This document shows, in pieces, positions 50,815 through 62,700 of a stretch of 64,000 nt of DNA. The notes beneath the pieces were generated by a model. The model worked only from the letters and a program-made list of their open reading frames with translations. It did no database searches and had not been told where the DNA came from. Each line of letters starts with the position of its first letter. Position 1 is the stretch's first letter. The position numbers and the translations under genes were made by a program. Origin of the DNA: Takakia lepidozioides (Eukaryota > Plantae > Bryophyta); assembly GCA_030704615.1 (NCBI GenBank), contig CM060731.1:41168001-41232000 (forward strand), in the 5' to 3' direction.

Positions 50815-53800
50815 TTAACCCTTAAACGCCCAGTAGCCCATTGCGGGCTTTTGGGTTTAAGAAAATCTGAATAACTTTTTTCATTCTCCATGGAATTGTG
50901 TGAAAAAAAAATATAGTGTTCTTGGGCACCTGGCACACCAAGATTCATTGCCCGATTGCATCGGATCTGCCAAGTTGCAAAGACGCAAGCAGGGTGGTCA
51001 CGATTTGATAAAGGTAATTCTCGTTGTTTCATTCTTCACACGTGTGTGAGAGAGGGAGAGAAACATGGGATTTTCCCAGGTTTGACCAAGTGGCACATCA
51101 AATGCATTGGCCAAATTGGATACTTTTTGGCTTGTTGGATGAGGGATCTCAAGAGGATGAAACCCTGCAAATTTCGCCTCAATCCCATTTGATCCCGTCA
51201 CTCAAATCTTTAAAGAATTACCAAAAATGGATATGTTTCTCAAAAGGGCCCCAATAATGGGGCCCACACCCAACGGTGGCATTTTGTGGATCCGGGGCTG
51301 ATTGGCCTCAAATTCGGCAGGTGGATGCAGGAGGAAGGTACGCACCTGATGTGCGGTCAAGTTCTTTAAAAAGTTAATTTTCTGAAAGTTACACCTTTTT
51401 TTCACTTAAGGGGTCATGTTTTCTGAAAAAGTCAAACTATGGCACTGGCCTTGTGTAAAATGACGATGCATTGAAAAGCTGAACCCAGACCACAGACAAT
51501 GCGCATGAAAAAGGCTGGGCACCTTGAAAACTCCTGCAGGCCTTTGGGTGCCAGTGGGGAGAGGGGGGGGGGGTGTTGTCCTTGGCCAGAAGGGCTATGC
51601 AAACATCTTCTCATGAGTACGATTTCTCGCTGTCTCTCTCTAATGATGGGAGCTGTCTCAATGTGGAGCCCCCTCATCCTGACACGGCCTGTGAAGGTGC
51701 CCAATGTCCCAAACTGTAAAAGGTTGCTTTGCTGCGACCATTTGCTCATCTGTAGTTGTTGAACCCGGGGTGGCTCCAAACCATTGGCCAAGTAACATCA
51801 CTCTTCAGACATTAGTGAAGTCAGACATGACCAAAGCTGGTTGAACTCTTCAGTTCGAAACAAAGGAAAGATTTCATCTTCTCTCTTGGGTTGGAGTTGA
51901 GCTGATGGGAACTAGTCTGAAGTGCAGCTTATGCTCAGGTTGCAGGGAGGCAAAGTCAACAACACAAATCTCTTGAACACAAAGGTGGGTCATCCACCAG
52001 TGGGTTGGTTTGAGCTCTTTGAGGTCTTTCATAAAAAGCTGTCATAGACAACATTTGGCAATGACAAGGGCATGTGATAATATCACTGATGGGTGTGGGT
52101 TCAAAACCACATATATATCATAAACAGTGTCCATCTTCCCATTGGAAGAGTTTTTCCAAGTCCTCTATTTCCAATGAACTACAGGGCTACCGTGCAAGTC
52201 TGCCCACTTTTCAAAAGAAAAAGAAAAAAATGACGTAAACACCTAGGATACCATCTACTATGCCAGAGCAGGAAGGAGAATGTCAGGTTATGCCAGCTCG
52301 GATTCTCAAAGAGGTTAGGCAACTGGTGGAAATTGTCAATCAAAGAAGAAGAGCCCCGACAAAAAGCAACTCAAGCCGCCTTAAAATCCCAACCAACTGC
52401 ATGAAGTAAATCAGACGAAGGCACCATGAATGAGACGTGTGCATGCGAGATGCCACAATAATGTTGTAGGCATGTAACCACTCACTGGGTATGGTTTTAT
52501 AACAATGAACTTCCTATCAGATATGGCCTTGGATGGTTCACGGTTGGTAGTGGATGCAACGTAATACCATGCCCAACCTCCATGTTCTGAGTCTGCGTAA
52601 CCAGCAGTGCCTTCCTCACCTCATAGCCTTGGATCTCCCTCCGGTTGGTGCCCTACCTTTTGTTGTGTAATAGTCTGGTGAATTTCTACAACTGTGCCAC
52701 CAACAAATGTTGGGGCTTTTAGAGCATCTCCAGCGGGCCACACTAAATAGTCCGGCAACAGTAAAGTAGGGGTAGTGGGGGAAAAGGAGTCCCCACTGGT
52801 GGACCAGGCCCCACCAAAAATCTGTGTGCAGGATAGAGGGCAGGATAGAGGGCTCCGTATTTTCCCTGGTAACACATTGTTGGAGAGTGGGCTCCACCAA
52901 GTGATAGCGGTGTCCAACACATAACATGTACAGGACAACCAACGTCAAATAAGTGGCCAGGGCACAATTTAATGGAAATGGGTGGGCAATGATCCAATAT
53001 TTGTTTAGGGGACATACCAAGTGGGCGGCCACAGCCTCAATAGTAGGGCCATTTAGAGGCCACCGCTGGAGATGCTCTTACTTGCAGATTTAGTAATACC
53101 TGCATCATCTTCCTCATGCAGGGCAGCCTCCAACCTCGCCTTGAGTCCTTCGTTTGTAGACTTTTCAGCCAACAAGGACCTCTGAACAGCGGCCTCTGTA
53201 CTTTCCACCAAAGCCAACTCCCTATCCTCCAATGCTGCATGGAGATAACTCAAATTTGTGTGCACCTTTCTTTCTTTATCCTTAAGCCACTTGGCAGTCT
53301 TTAATTCAGACTCTTCAGCTGCAACAACTGCTTCACATCACATATTTCCTCAGGTGTAATAGTCGCATGCCTCGCAATGTATGATTGGGCTTCCCGTCTA
53401 CCTCGATTTTGATGGGCACCTCCCCCTTCACCTCATGCGAACTAATCATCTCCAGTTGTGTTTCAAACCCGGCTCCACTTTATATTGGAGGACAGTGTCA
53501 CAGTATGCATGGAGCCCCCTTCAGCATCTAGAAGCTGATCTGACTCCCGATTTCCTCATCCTGATTTGCTGCAGGCACCTTTCAGTTTGAGACCACTGAC
53601 CTTGCTTCGCTGCAATTGCTCCTTTGCAACACTAACCCCATACTCTGCCCAGTTAATAATTTTCTTGTACTTGTGTTCAGCAACATATCCTTTGGCCAAG
53701 CTGAATGCTATTTCGTTGTTTGTAACATCATCTCTGCTGTACAGTTTCAAGTACAGCTCCATGACTTGCTGGCCGTCTGATGTTGCCACTTTGGGGCCAG

Positions 53801-54350
53801 TGATCTTGTAACCATTTGCCTACTTGACAAAATATTCATCGCAATCTTCAAATTGTCGTCCAAATTGGTTCTTGCATTCAATCCTACAGCACTCAGACCT
53901 CTGACCTTCTCAAAAAACAACTGTCCCAAATTCCATCTGTTGTCGGAGGTAGTGTAACCACTGGTGGCTTGACAGGTTCTAGCTTTCTTTTTCCTGTAGC
54001 AATTGTTGATCCAGAATGAGTACCGGTCATGGTTGCTGCACCTTTGCAAATAATACAAATAATACCTGCAAATATGCCGTTCAATTACAAACATAAGACA
54101 TACATCCAGTATCAATCCCACTGCTATGTCATATCTCAGGTGCACAACAACTGCATACAGAACATGGCGAGCTAACTTGCTGAGCGACAGTAAATGCGAA
54201 CAACAATGGCACAGGCACAGGCTATCCACTCTAGTGAGCCAAAACATGAAAGACGGAACGACCGTGTCAAGGTCATTGTCAATTTGTCAGCCTGACTTCC
54301 GATGTACCGTATGTCTGTCAAGACTGCGTACTGAGTATCCAGATTTGGGC
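50815..54350 (-). mobile_element. Degenerate DNA-transposon-like block with broken accessory ORFs (LYxxLY...INWAEY segment, coiled coil, Cys/His RING-like remnant)
   Basis: Broken ORFs at 53556..53789, 53053..53265 and 52616..53032 on the minus strand. Left boundary TTAA|CCCTT. No transposase recognised and the right boundary is uncertain. Confidence 0.4.
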
Positions 54351-55251
54351 TGACATACTTCAGCGCCTCATAGCAGCTGCCAAATTTTCATGTCGAGTGA
54401 GCCAGCTCCATTGGAACCTTACAATCCCCATCAATATAATTTTGAAAGCCACAAACCCAGTATCAAGATTTACACCATTGTAAACCTGCAAGCCACTAAC
54501 CATAGGGGCTCAAAGTTAAGAGAGTTGTAGATCATACCCTCCTCCACGGACTTTTGACAAACAAAAAAGGAAAATTCACATCCAAGTATGAAGCAAAGAT
54601 TTACAATGTTGAGCTTAGATATTCTTGCAAAGTACCTGCTAGATAAGTATTGTACTATTGTAGACTTGAAAACTCCAAACTGCCTATCTTTTCTTGTTAA
54701 AAAACGGAAATCTGCATTCCGTGTTCACCAAACACCTGCCATGATCAAACACGCATTTAATAGATGTTTCAGACAAGAATCAATGAGCCACATAATTTTG
54801 TCATGCGACATAGTACTCAATACTCATTCTTGTAAAAACATTTCATGCAATCCAAACAGAGTAGCAAAAATTCATTTAATCTACTTTGTTTTGTTTCCCT
54901 ACTTGGATACATCAGATGCTTGGCAAGGAGCTGAAATGTGTAGGTATTGGGGGCCCTTACGGAAGCCAATTTGTGGCCTGGAAAGACTCCTAATGGGCAG
55001 GGATTGGGGACCCTCATGGCAGCCCAGCCAGTCGCAATGGTTGAAGCCAGGATCTCGGCTGTCATGGCAGGGATTACGGCAGCCCATTTGTGGCCTGGCG
55101 ATTGGGGTTAGAACAAGTAAAAGCTTATGACTCCAGTATTCTCAAACAAGCCCCAAATAGCACAACCACATCAAAAGTGACGAGGACTTACTGATGCACA
55201 TGTCATGTTCATCGATATAGAGAAGGTCACCTGTGTTACAGCCCCTTGGTG

Positions 55252-57177
55252 TCAATTGCAGATTCTCGCCTTTACTGTATCATCCCACCTGCCAGCAGCA
55301 GCATAGGTGTTTGACAGCAGCACAGTGTGCTGCGGATCCTTGAGAAGGCGTTTTGCAACACGTTCAGCTACCTCCACATTGCCGAATATTCTGCAAGCAC
55401 TAAGCAAGGTCCCCCACGCCGGGGCATCTGGTTCAATTGGCATTTTGCTAATTAAATCCTCTGCCTCATCCAAATGTCCTGCACGGCCAAGAAGGTCCCC
55501 CATACAGCCAAAATGCTCAGCTGTAGGAGTGAGGCCATAATCTCCACTCATAGAATCAAAGTAGTGATGGCCTTCATCCACTAAACCAACATGGCTACAT
55601 GCAGAGAGAACACATGTAAAGGTAATTCCGTCAGGCTGCAAGCCTTCCTGTTGCATTTGTTCAAAAAGTTGAAGGGCCTCCCTGCAACTCCCATTGTGAG
55701 CACATCCTGAGATTATTGTGTTCCATGATGCCACACTTTGTTTAGCTATACTGTTGAACACTCGACGTGCATCCTCCATGCTCCCGCATTTGGCATACAT
55801 GTCAACAAGGGTAGTCTTTAGAATGATATCTAGAGCAACTCCAGCTTTGAGGATGTCAGCATGGACTTCTTTGCCTTTTTCCAGGGCCGCAAGGCTGGCA
55901 CATGCCTTCAGAACAACAACAAATGTGACCTTGTTCGGCGTCACCCCTTCACGTATCATTTGCTCATAGGTCTCCAAAGCCTCCATACCAGACCCTTGCT
56001 GAGCATATCCTGCTATCATCATGCTCCATGAGACCACGTTTGGCTTCAAGCCTTCCAGCTGCATCAGCTTAAATAGTTGGAGTGCCTCCGTGCCACACCC
56101 ATGCTCAGCATATCCTGCTATGATCGCATTCCATGACACCACATCTCGTTTAGCCATATTGTCGAACACTCGACGAGCATCCTTCATGCTCCCACATTTG
56201 GCATACATGTCAATGAGGGTATTTTCCAGTATTATATCTGGGGCAATTCCAACTTTGATGATGTCAGTATGGACCTCTAAGCCCTTGTCCAGGGCTGCCA
56301 TGCTGGCACATGCATTGAGGACGCAACTGAACAAGACCTTGTCAGGCATCAACCCTTCCCCTATCATCTGTTCATACATCTCCAAAGCCTCACTTCCACA
56401 CCCGTGCTGAGAATATCCTGCAATCAATGCACTCCATGTGACCACATTTCGTTCGGCCATATTGTCAAACACTCGACGTGCCTCCTTCACGCTCCCGCAT
56501 TTGGCATACATGTCGACAAGGGCACTCTCCAGCATGACAACCGGTGAGATCCCAGCTTTGATTATATCGGCATGGACCTCCTTGCCCTTTTCAAGGGCTG
56601 CCAGGCTGGCACATGCCTTGAGCACACAAATGAATGAGACCTTGTCAGGTGTGACCCCTTTCTGTTTCATTTGCACATAGATCTCAAAAGCCTCCATACC
56701 ACGTCCATGCTTCACATATCCTGCCATCATTGTAGTCCACGCAAACACATCCCGTTCAGGTATTTTGTCAAACACTAGGCGTGCATCCAATATGCTTCCA
56801 CACTTTGCATACATGTTGACAAGGGTGTTGAGTAGAAGGTTGTTCGGCCTGAATCCACTTCGGATAATATGGGTGTGTACCTGCTTTCCCATTTCAAGGT
56901 TCTCAACTCTGATGGACTCCCGTAAGAGACGGACATAGGTACTGGAGTCTGCTGCAATGCTTTGTTTGTTCAAAATATGCAGTGCCCCTTTCAGTTGTCC
57001 CGCTTTAAATAGTGTCCTCACATCCCTGCAAGTGCCAGAAGAGTTCTTGTTGACTCCATCATCAAATTGTGCACGATCTTGTATCACTGCTTTCACCGAA
57101 AGAGGCTTTGACCAATCCACAATCCAAAGAGCTTCAACTGTGTGCTTATGTCTGTAGTCTGGTGATGTTGGAGTTTT
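55252..57177 (-). CDS. PLS-class PPR protein (about 15 PPR motifs plus E1 and a truncated E2, no DYW); start codon not in this exon
   Basis: Repeated MYAKCGS..DAR.VF / VVSW..I.GY / F..VL.AC triplets, ACSHVGLVDEG, DLLGRAG, WGTLLSAC, VLLSNTYAAAGRWDD. An in-frame TGA lies 9 codons upstream of the track's TTG start. Confidence 0.9.
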   Translation of the reverse strand, partial: KTPTSPDYRHKHTVEALWIVDWSKPLSVKAVIQDRAQFDDGVNKNSSGTCRDVRTLFKAGQLKGALHILNKQSIAADSSTYVRLLRESIRVENLEMGKQVHTHIIRSGFRPNNLLLNTLVNMYAKCGSILDARLVFDKIPERDVFAWTTMMAGYVKHGRGMEAFEIYVQMKQKGVTPDKVSFICVLKACASLAALEKGKEVHADIIKAGISPVVMLESALVDMYAKCGSVKEARRVFDNMAERNVVTWSALIAGYSQHGCGSEALEMYEQMIGEGLMPDKVLFSCVLNACASMAALDKGLEVHTDIIKVGIAPDIILENTLIDMYAKCGSMKDARRVFDNMAKRDVVSWNAIIAGYAEHGCGTEALQLFKLMQLEGLKPNVVSWSMMIAGYAQQGSGMEALETYEQMIREGVTPNKVTFVVVLKACASLAALEKGKEVHADILKAGVALDIILKTTLVDMYAKCGSMEDARRVFNSIAKQSVASWNTIISGCAHNGSCREALQLFEQMQQEGLQPDGITFTCVLSACSHVGLVDEGHHYFDSMSGDYGLTPTAEHFGCMGDLLGRAGHLDEAEDLISKMPIEPDAPAWGTLLSACRIFGNVEVAERVAKRLLKDPQHTVLLSNTYAAAGRWDDTVKARICN

Positions 57178-57976
57178 CTGTGAAACCCACAAGTGGACTG
57201 CTGAGCAGGCATAGCTTCAACCGCAGACTTTCAAAGCCAGATTACAATCACGAGAGCTTCAAACATCTTTTTAGTAACAGAGGCTAATCCTGAATGACCT
57301 ACTGATACCAACAGCAACAACTGTTTCTTGCTGTATTTTCCAATCAAGAGCAAGATTGTCACAAATTTAAGAGACTGGATATACACACCGGAAAACAAAA
57401 CATGATAGCCCCACCTTATCAACCCTGTTCTGAGGCCACTGAGAGGGATCAAACATTAAGTCCTGCCACAGTCGTTCTTTGCTCTTTGTTTGACCTGCAT
57501 CCAACGACTACAAGACCTTGAGAACTTTGCCAACTTCTAATTGCCCCGGTCTCTATTAAGGACCCTAGTGCTTAAAGGCAGGTCCAAGTTCAGAGGTTCA
57601 AAACGAGAAGGATTGCGAAGAAACTGCAGATCTCCCAGATCCATCATTGGAGGATTTTCAGAAACAACTGTGGATGGGGGGGGGGGATAGGTTACATACA
57701 ACTGTGTGGATCTGATGAGAGGGGAACAGCATTAATGCCCTGCACAATTCACAATGCTCTGAAAGGAGACATGAGCATTGCCACAATTACTTTGAACGCG
57801 ACGATCTCAGCTCGGCCAAATGCCATGCAAACTTAAAATCCCCATCTGGCCCCATCTATTGACTTGAACATGTAACAACAATTCAAGCAAGCAATGCTAG
57901 CAAAACCACATATGCGGCCAGCACACCACCTTCTACTTACCCAAAACAAGGGGAAAGCAGAGTAAAGAGTACACAC

Positions 57977-58225
57977 CGTGATGAACTGGGAATTGTCGGG
58001 CAAGCAGGCACCCACCAAGGCGGCTGTATGAATGACGACATCACATCCACTACAGGCAGCCAGGAGCAACTGAGCATCCTGAACGGCCAGCTCCACCTCC
58101 GGTAGCAGCCCATCCACCACACTGCTGCTCCGCACCAATGCTCGCACGGTGTACCCCTCATGAACCATCGCTAGACACAGACGAACACCTAGAAACCCTG
58201 AGGCACCCGTCAATAGGACCCTCAT
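57977..58225 (-). pseudogene. First exon of an NAD-dependent epimerase/dehydratase (farnesol dehydrogenase-like); no downstream exons of this family found
   Basis: MRVLLTGASGFLGVRLC...TVRALVR...PEVELA[YGD missing]V...ACSGCDVVIHTAALV...LPDNSQFIT, then a phase-0 GT donor. Confidence 0.75.
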
Positions 58226-59770
58226 TGCTTCCTTGCACCACAACCCACTTCATGCACTTGCTCCCTTGGTCGTTGTGCAAGCTTGCAATCTTACCTCCAC
58301 AAAGGATACAACAGGGAGTTTGCGCACGCACAGTAGGTGGATTGGAACTCTTCACCGCATCACCACCACTAATCAAATCCTTCTTGTTGTGTTGTTTCTG
58401 ACTTTCCTGGATGTTCTGTCCTCTGCGCGGAGAGAGAGATGGTGAAGCAAGAGTTGATCACAACAGTGGGAGTCTTGGGCTGTTGGACTAATGTGTCTGA
58501 ATACAATGCAATGAGTGTAGTAGATATGTGAATTCACTGGAATGCTGAAGACTCAACACTTGCTAAGTTCGAGAAGTTTGAGTGCCGCGGATGTGAATAG
58601 TTGACAGCAATGTGTTGGGTGGGCGGTGCCGAAGTGCCTGCAAGTCCATGGAGTGCGGGGCCACGTGCGGGCCCAAGAGATGCGCAGCAGTATGCTGTAG
58701 GATCTCCGCGGGATTCATGGTGTCCGGCTCTCGACTCTCGACTTCTTGCTTTCCTTGCGCTGTAGCTAACCGTTAGCTACGGTCTGCAGTTGCAGTGGTG
58801 GGATGAAAGGTCATATGGTGGTTCGTGACTGCCCGTTGGAGTTGTTGTAAGCAGATTATGATGTTTACCACTTCATGCATTTGCAAGCTGTTGATGGAGG
58901 AAAGTGGACATGGGATCAATCTGTTCTATCCGGATTGCCTCAATATGTGAATGTGACCCTTGGATTGCACGAATACGGGGTTGAGATCCCCGAGAGTTGG
59001 GATTTTGAGGAGCTTACTGTTGTATGGCGGTGGAGAGGGGGATGAAGAAGTGAGCAGACACCTGTTGAATGGGTCGCTTGTTGCCGGAGGTTGCCGTTAG
59101 TGGCAGGGCTTGCGGCAGGGTATGCAATGAATTACCTTGATAGGAGGTACTGAGACATTTGAGGTTATCAGACTTTTAGGCGCTTGTGTAAGAAAAGTAG
59201 AATTAGAAGACGTATCATAATGAAGCAGGAATTAGATTTGTGGACGTGCCAGGAAAGCGTTTTCCACCAGGAGAATGTAAATATACTATCCTCAGCAATG
59301 ATGCAATAGATCTGATTGTTGAAGGAGTGTTGGGAACCAGGGAGTAGTCCAGAGGAGGATGGAAGGAAGAGCTGTCAAGCGGGCAAGATGGAAGCAAGGA
59401 GATGGAGGAGGGGGACTAGAATGCAGACTTGGATTAGGAGCAGCTGATAGGGTTGCTGCAAGGGGAGACTGCTACCCTCTTTGTGAGTTCTATCTGCCAA
59501 GTCTGTAAGAAATCATATCTAGAAGATTGGAATTTGCATAGAGTACGCCCCACATACAGCGACTTGCTGTATTCCTGGGCTCGGTTGCATATGGGGAGGT
59601 GCATGTCTACATAACACTTTAATTACTGAAAGTGTCTGGGGTTGGACTAGTGTTTTTACTTTCATGCTTGACCAAGAGTGAAGCCTACATGCATCAGAAG
59701 AACCTGTTTGGAAGCTATGGCCACTGAGACTGTCTCTCTACAGGTTGCATTTTGTTCTTAGCAGGCACCA

Positions 59771-62700
59771 ATGGAGAATTTGTTTGCTTCTGGAGAGCCA
59801 TACCTGCAGCAGCAACAAGCAAAGACTCCAAATACAACCACCATGGCTGAGGCACAGTACCAAACATCTGTACCTTCTTCAGATGGTGTCATGCAATGGT
59901 CTTGCCCTCCTGATTTGAGTGAAAGAGGGGAAGGTGAGATCACACACCAATAATCCCCTGTACAATGAAGTAAGGTTTGCTGCCCTCTTTTAAGAAACTT
60001 CACTGGAGGTGGTTTTGTAATGTTTCTTCTCTGTTGAAGTCCATCTGCCTCTGTACCCTGTGCTTCTGAGATTCTTACTCCTCCAATTCCATATCATTCA
60101 GATTGTCAACTGCAGGAGGCAATGTCGTAGAGATGGTCTCTATGGGACATCAACATCGAAACAATGCTCGACGACTCCCAGGAACCTTTCGGCAGCATGA
60201 TCAGGGAAGGTCAAAGCAGAGAGATAGTTCTTTGATTGCTTCTAATTTAAGGTCTCCCAAGAGATTATCACCCAAAGGCATTTTTTTGAATTCAAGTTCG
60301 TCACTAAGAGCCACAAGCAGCACTGCACTTGCCCCATCTGTGAATCTAGCACAGACGGATAGCAGTCATGGAGAGACAGAAGAGTTCCAAGGTGTGATCA
60401 GCGGAGCTCCCACTCCACAAGGTAAGCGAAAACTTCCAAGCTGGGCGGAAGAGGGACAGAAGCGTCCAAAAAAAGTTCATGGAGAAAAGTGGCAAGTTGG
60501 AAGGCATGCCAGCAATACGAGATTTGGGAGGCAATCCTCAGAACTACGCTCAATTTTCAAGAAAGATGGAGCCCAGTCTTTGCCTGATAGGGAAAATTCC
60601 TCAAAATTTATGCCTTCTCATAGAATCTCAATGCGAGCAGGCCAATCAGGTTGCTGGTCTCATTTGGGGCCTTCTGCTGGTTTTGTCAAAGGTGTAGGAA
60701 CCCTTGGGTATTCTGGAACAGTGAAAGATATGAATCTGGGCAGGCCGGAGGCAGATGGGAGCGCAGGAATTCATACGAATGAAGACTCTGCTGATATAGC
60801 TCAAAAGAATATCTCTGGGGAGGTGAGCGCTTCAAGTGAGATAAGAATACGGAGAGCTCTGCCTTCCACCTTTGGTGGATCAACATCAGCCAGATCCAAT
60901 GATCTAAATGCAAACAGTTCTGTAGATGGAGATAGCTCAGCAAAGATGGTGGTGGCTCGTCAAGCTCTTCTGCAGGTCAAAACCTCTGACCATTGCTCAA
61001 ATCGGTGAAATCTTCTTTACTTCTAAATTATTGGTGCTCTAAAAAGATAAAATGTGATCTCATATATGGATATGGCATCCATGTCTAATCAGTATTCTCA
61101 AGGACACTTGCACTGGTTTAACATTTATCAATTGTCTACACTTCCAGGCATTTTCTTTGGCAGATGAAAGGGAGGAAGCAACTCTGGATAAAGGCCTCTT
61201 GGTTGTTCCGCTCCTCAAACATCAGGTGTTTGTGGCTTCTCTTCATGTTTAGGGATAGTTTCTTTGACAATGGTTGTGTACTTCCTTGAAATATTGCTCC
61301 ACCTCTGTTGCATGTCACGATGAAACTATTGGCTACATGGTGCTAGTAATTGTTCCTTAACTGTTAGTAAGGGCTTGGATAGTGATTGATATGTTGTGCA
61401 GAGAATAGCTCTTGCTTGGATGCAGAAAAGGGAGAGTGGAAGGCAGGAGCCATGTGGAGGGATTCTGGCTGATGATCAGGTATACTCTTCTCGGACTTCT
61501 CTTAAATGATCTACTGAGCTTTGTAATTCCAACTGGTTCAGGCCCTCATGTTGTCTATGTAAGGACCACATGGAGTACAAATGGCTTGTGTCTCAGCCTC
61601 TGACAACTTTGTATTCTTTTATTAGGGCCTGGGGAAGACTATTGCTACAATCTCTCTCATTCTGAAGAACAGGGCTCCTGTTAAAAAATCAGACACTGGG
61701 GATGCACAGCTTGCACAGATAGAGGCTTGCACTATTGATCTCGATGATTATGAAGAGGACTCCATTTTGGGGAAGGAGCGAGGCTGGCAAGGAAAGGCAG
61801 AAGGAAGCAACACGACACTGCGAAAGAAAATGGCAAGTAGCAATGAGAGCCAGCCACAGCATGACGATTGCAAGCCTACTACATCTCCTGGCAAAGGCAG
61901 GCCAGCTGCTGGCACACTGGTGGTGTGCCCCACAAGTGTTCTGCGACAGTGGGCACAGGAGATACGGGATAAGGTCACTGTGGAGGCTGGTTTGTCAGTT
62001 TTAATCTACCATGGCACCAACAGGACAAGGGATCCAGAGGAGCTTGCTAAGTATGATGTGATTTTGACCACCTACTCTATTGTTAGCATGGAGGTGCCCA
62101 AGCAGCCCCTGCCCCATGAACCTGATGAATATGGTTTCATCCCTTTTAGCAAGCCGAAGGAGAAGTCAGGGAATGGGGAGAAGCGGAAAGACAAGGGAGG
62201 GGGAAGGTTAGCGGATGGGCAGAATGGTCTGTCACTAGCTTTGGGTTTGGGTCCTTTGGCACGGGTGGCCTGGTTCAGGGTTGTCTTGGACGAGGCCCAA
62301 AGCATCAAGAATTACCGGACGCAGGTTGCTCGTGCAGCCTGGGGTCTCCGGGCTAAGAGGAGATGGTGCCTTAGTGGGACACCTATCCAGAATTCCATTG
62401 ATGATCTTTTCAGCTATTTTCGATTTCTACATTACTTTCCCTGGGACTCATACAAGAAATTTCGCTTGGAGATAAAAGACCCAGTTGTGCGAACACCAAT
62501 AGAAGGCTACAGAAGGCTTCAAGTCATCTTGAAACCAGTTGTTCTGCGGCGTACCAAGGGTAAGAACTCAAAGTATTTGGGGTTGTGGTTATGTAGGTTA
62601 CTGCATTTTGTCGGTGACAGTCATATCAGCAAGACTCTTATGGCCTGTCCACAAGTTACAATAAATTTTGACAAAAGATGTAAGTAGATTTTTGTTAATT

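Noticed and set aside
54955-55112. Right-hand TIR for the TTAA|CCC element
   Set aside because: Similarity to the reverse complement of the left end is weak, it ends GGGGTTAG rather than GGGTTAA, and it belongs to a local short duplication.
55307-57157. Plus-strand ORFs over the PPR gene
   Set aside because: Antisense shadows of the repetitive PPR coding strand.
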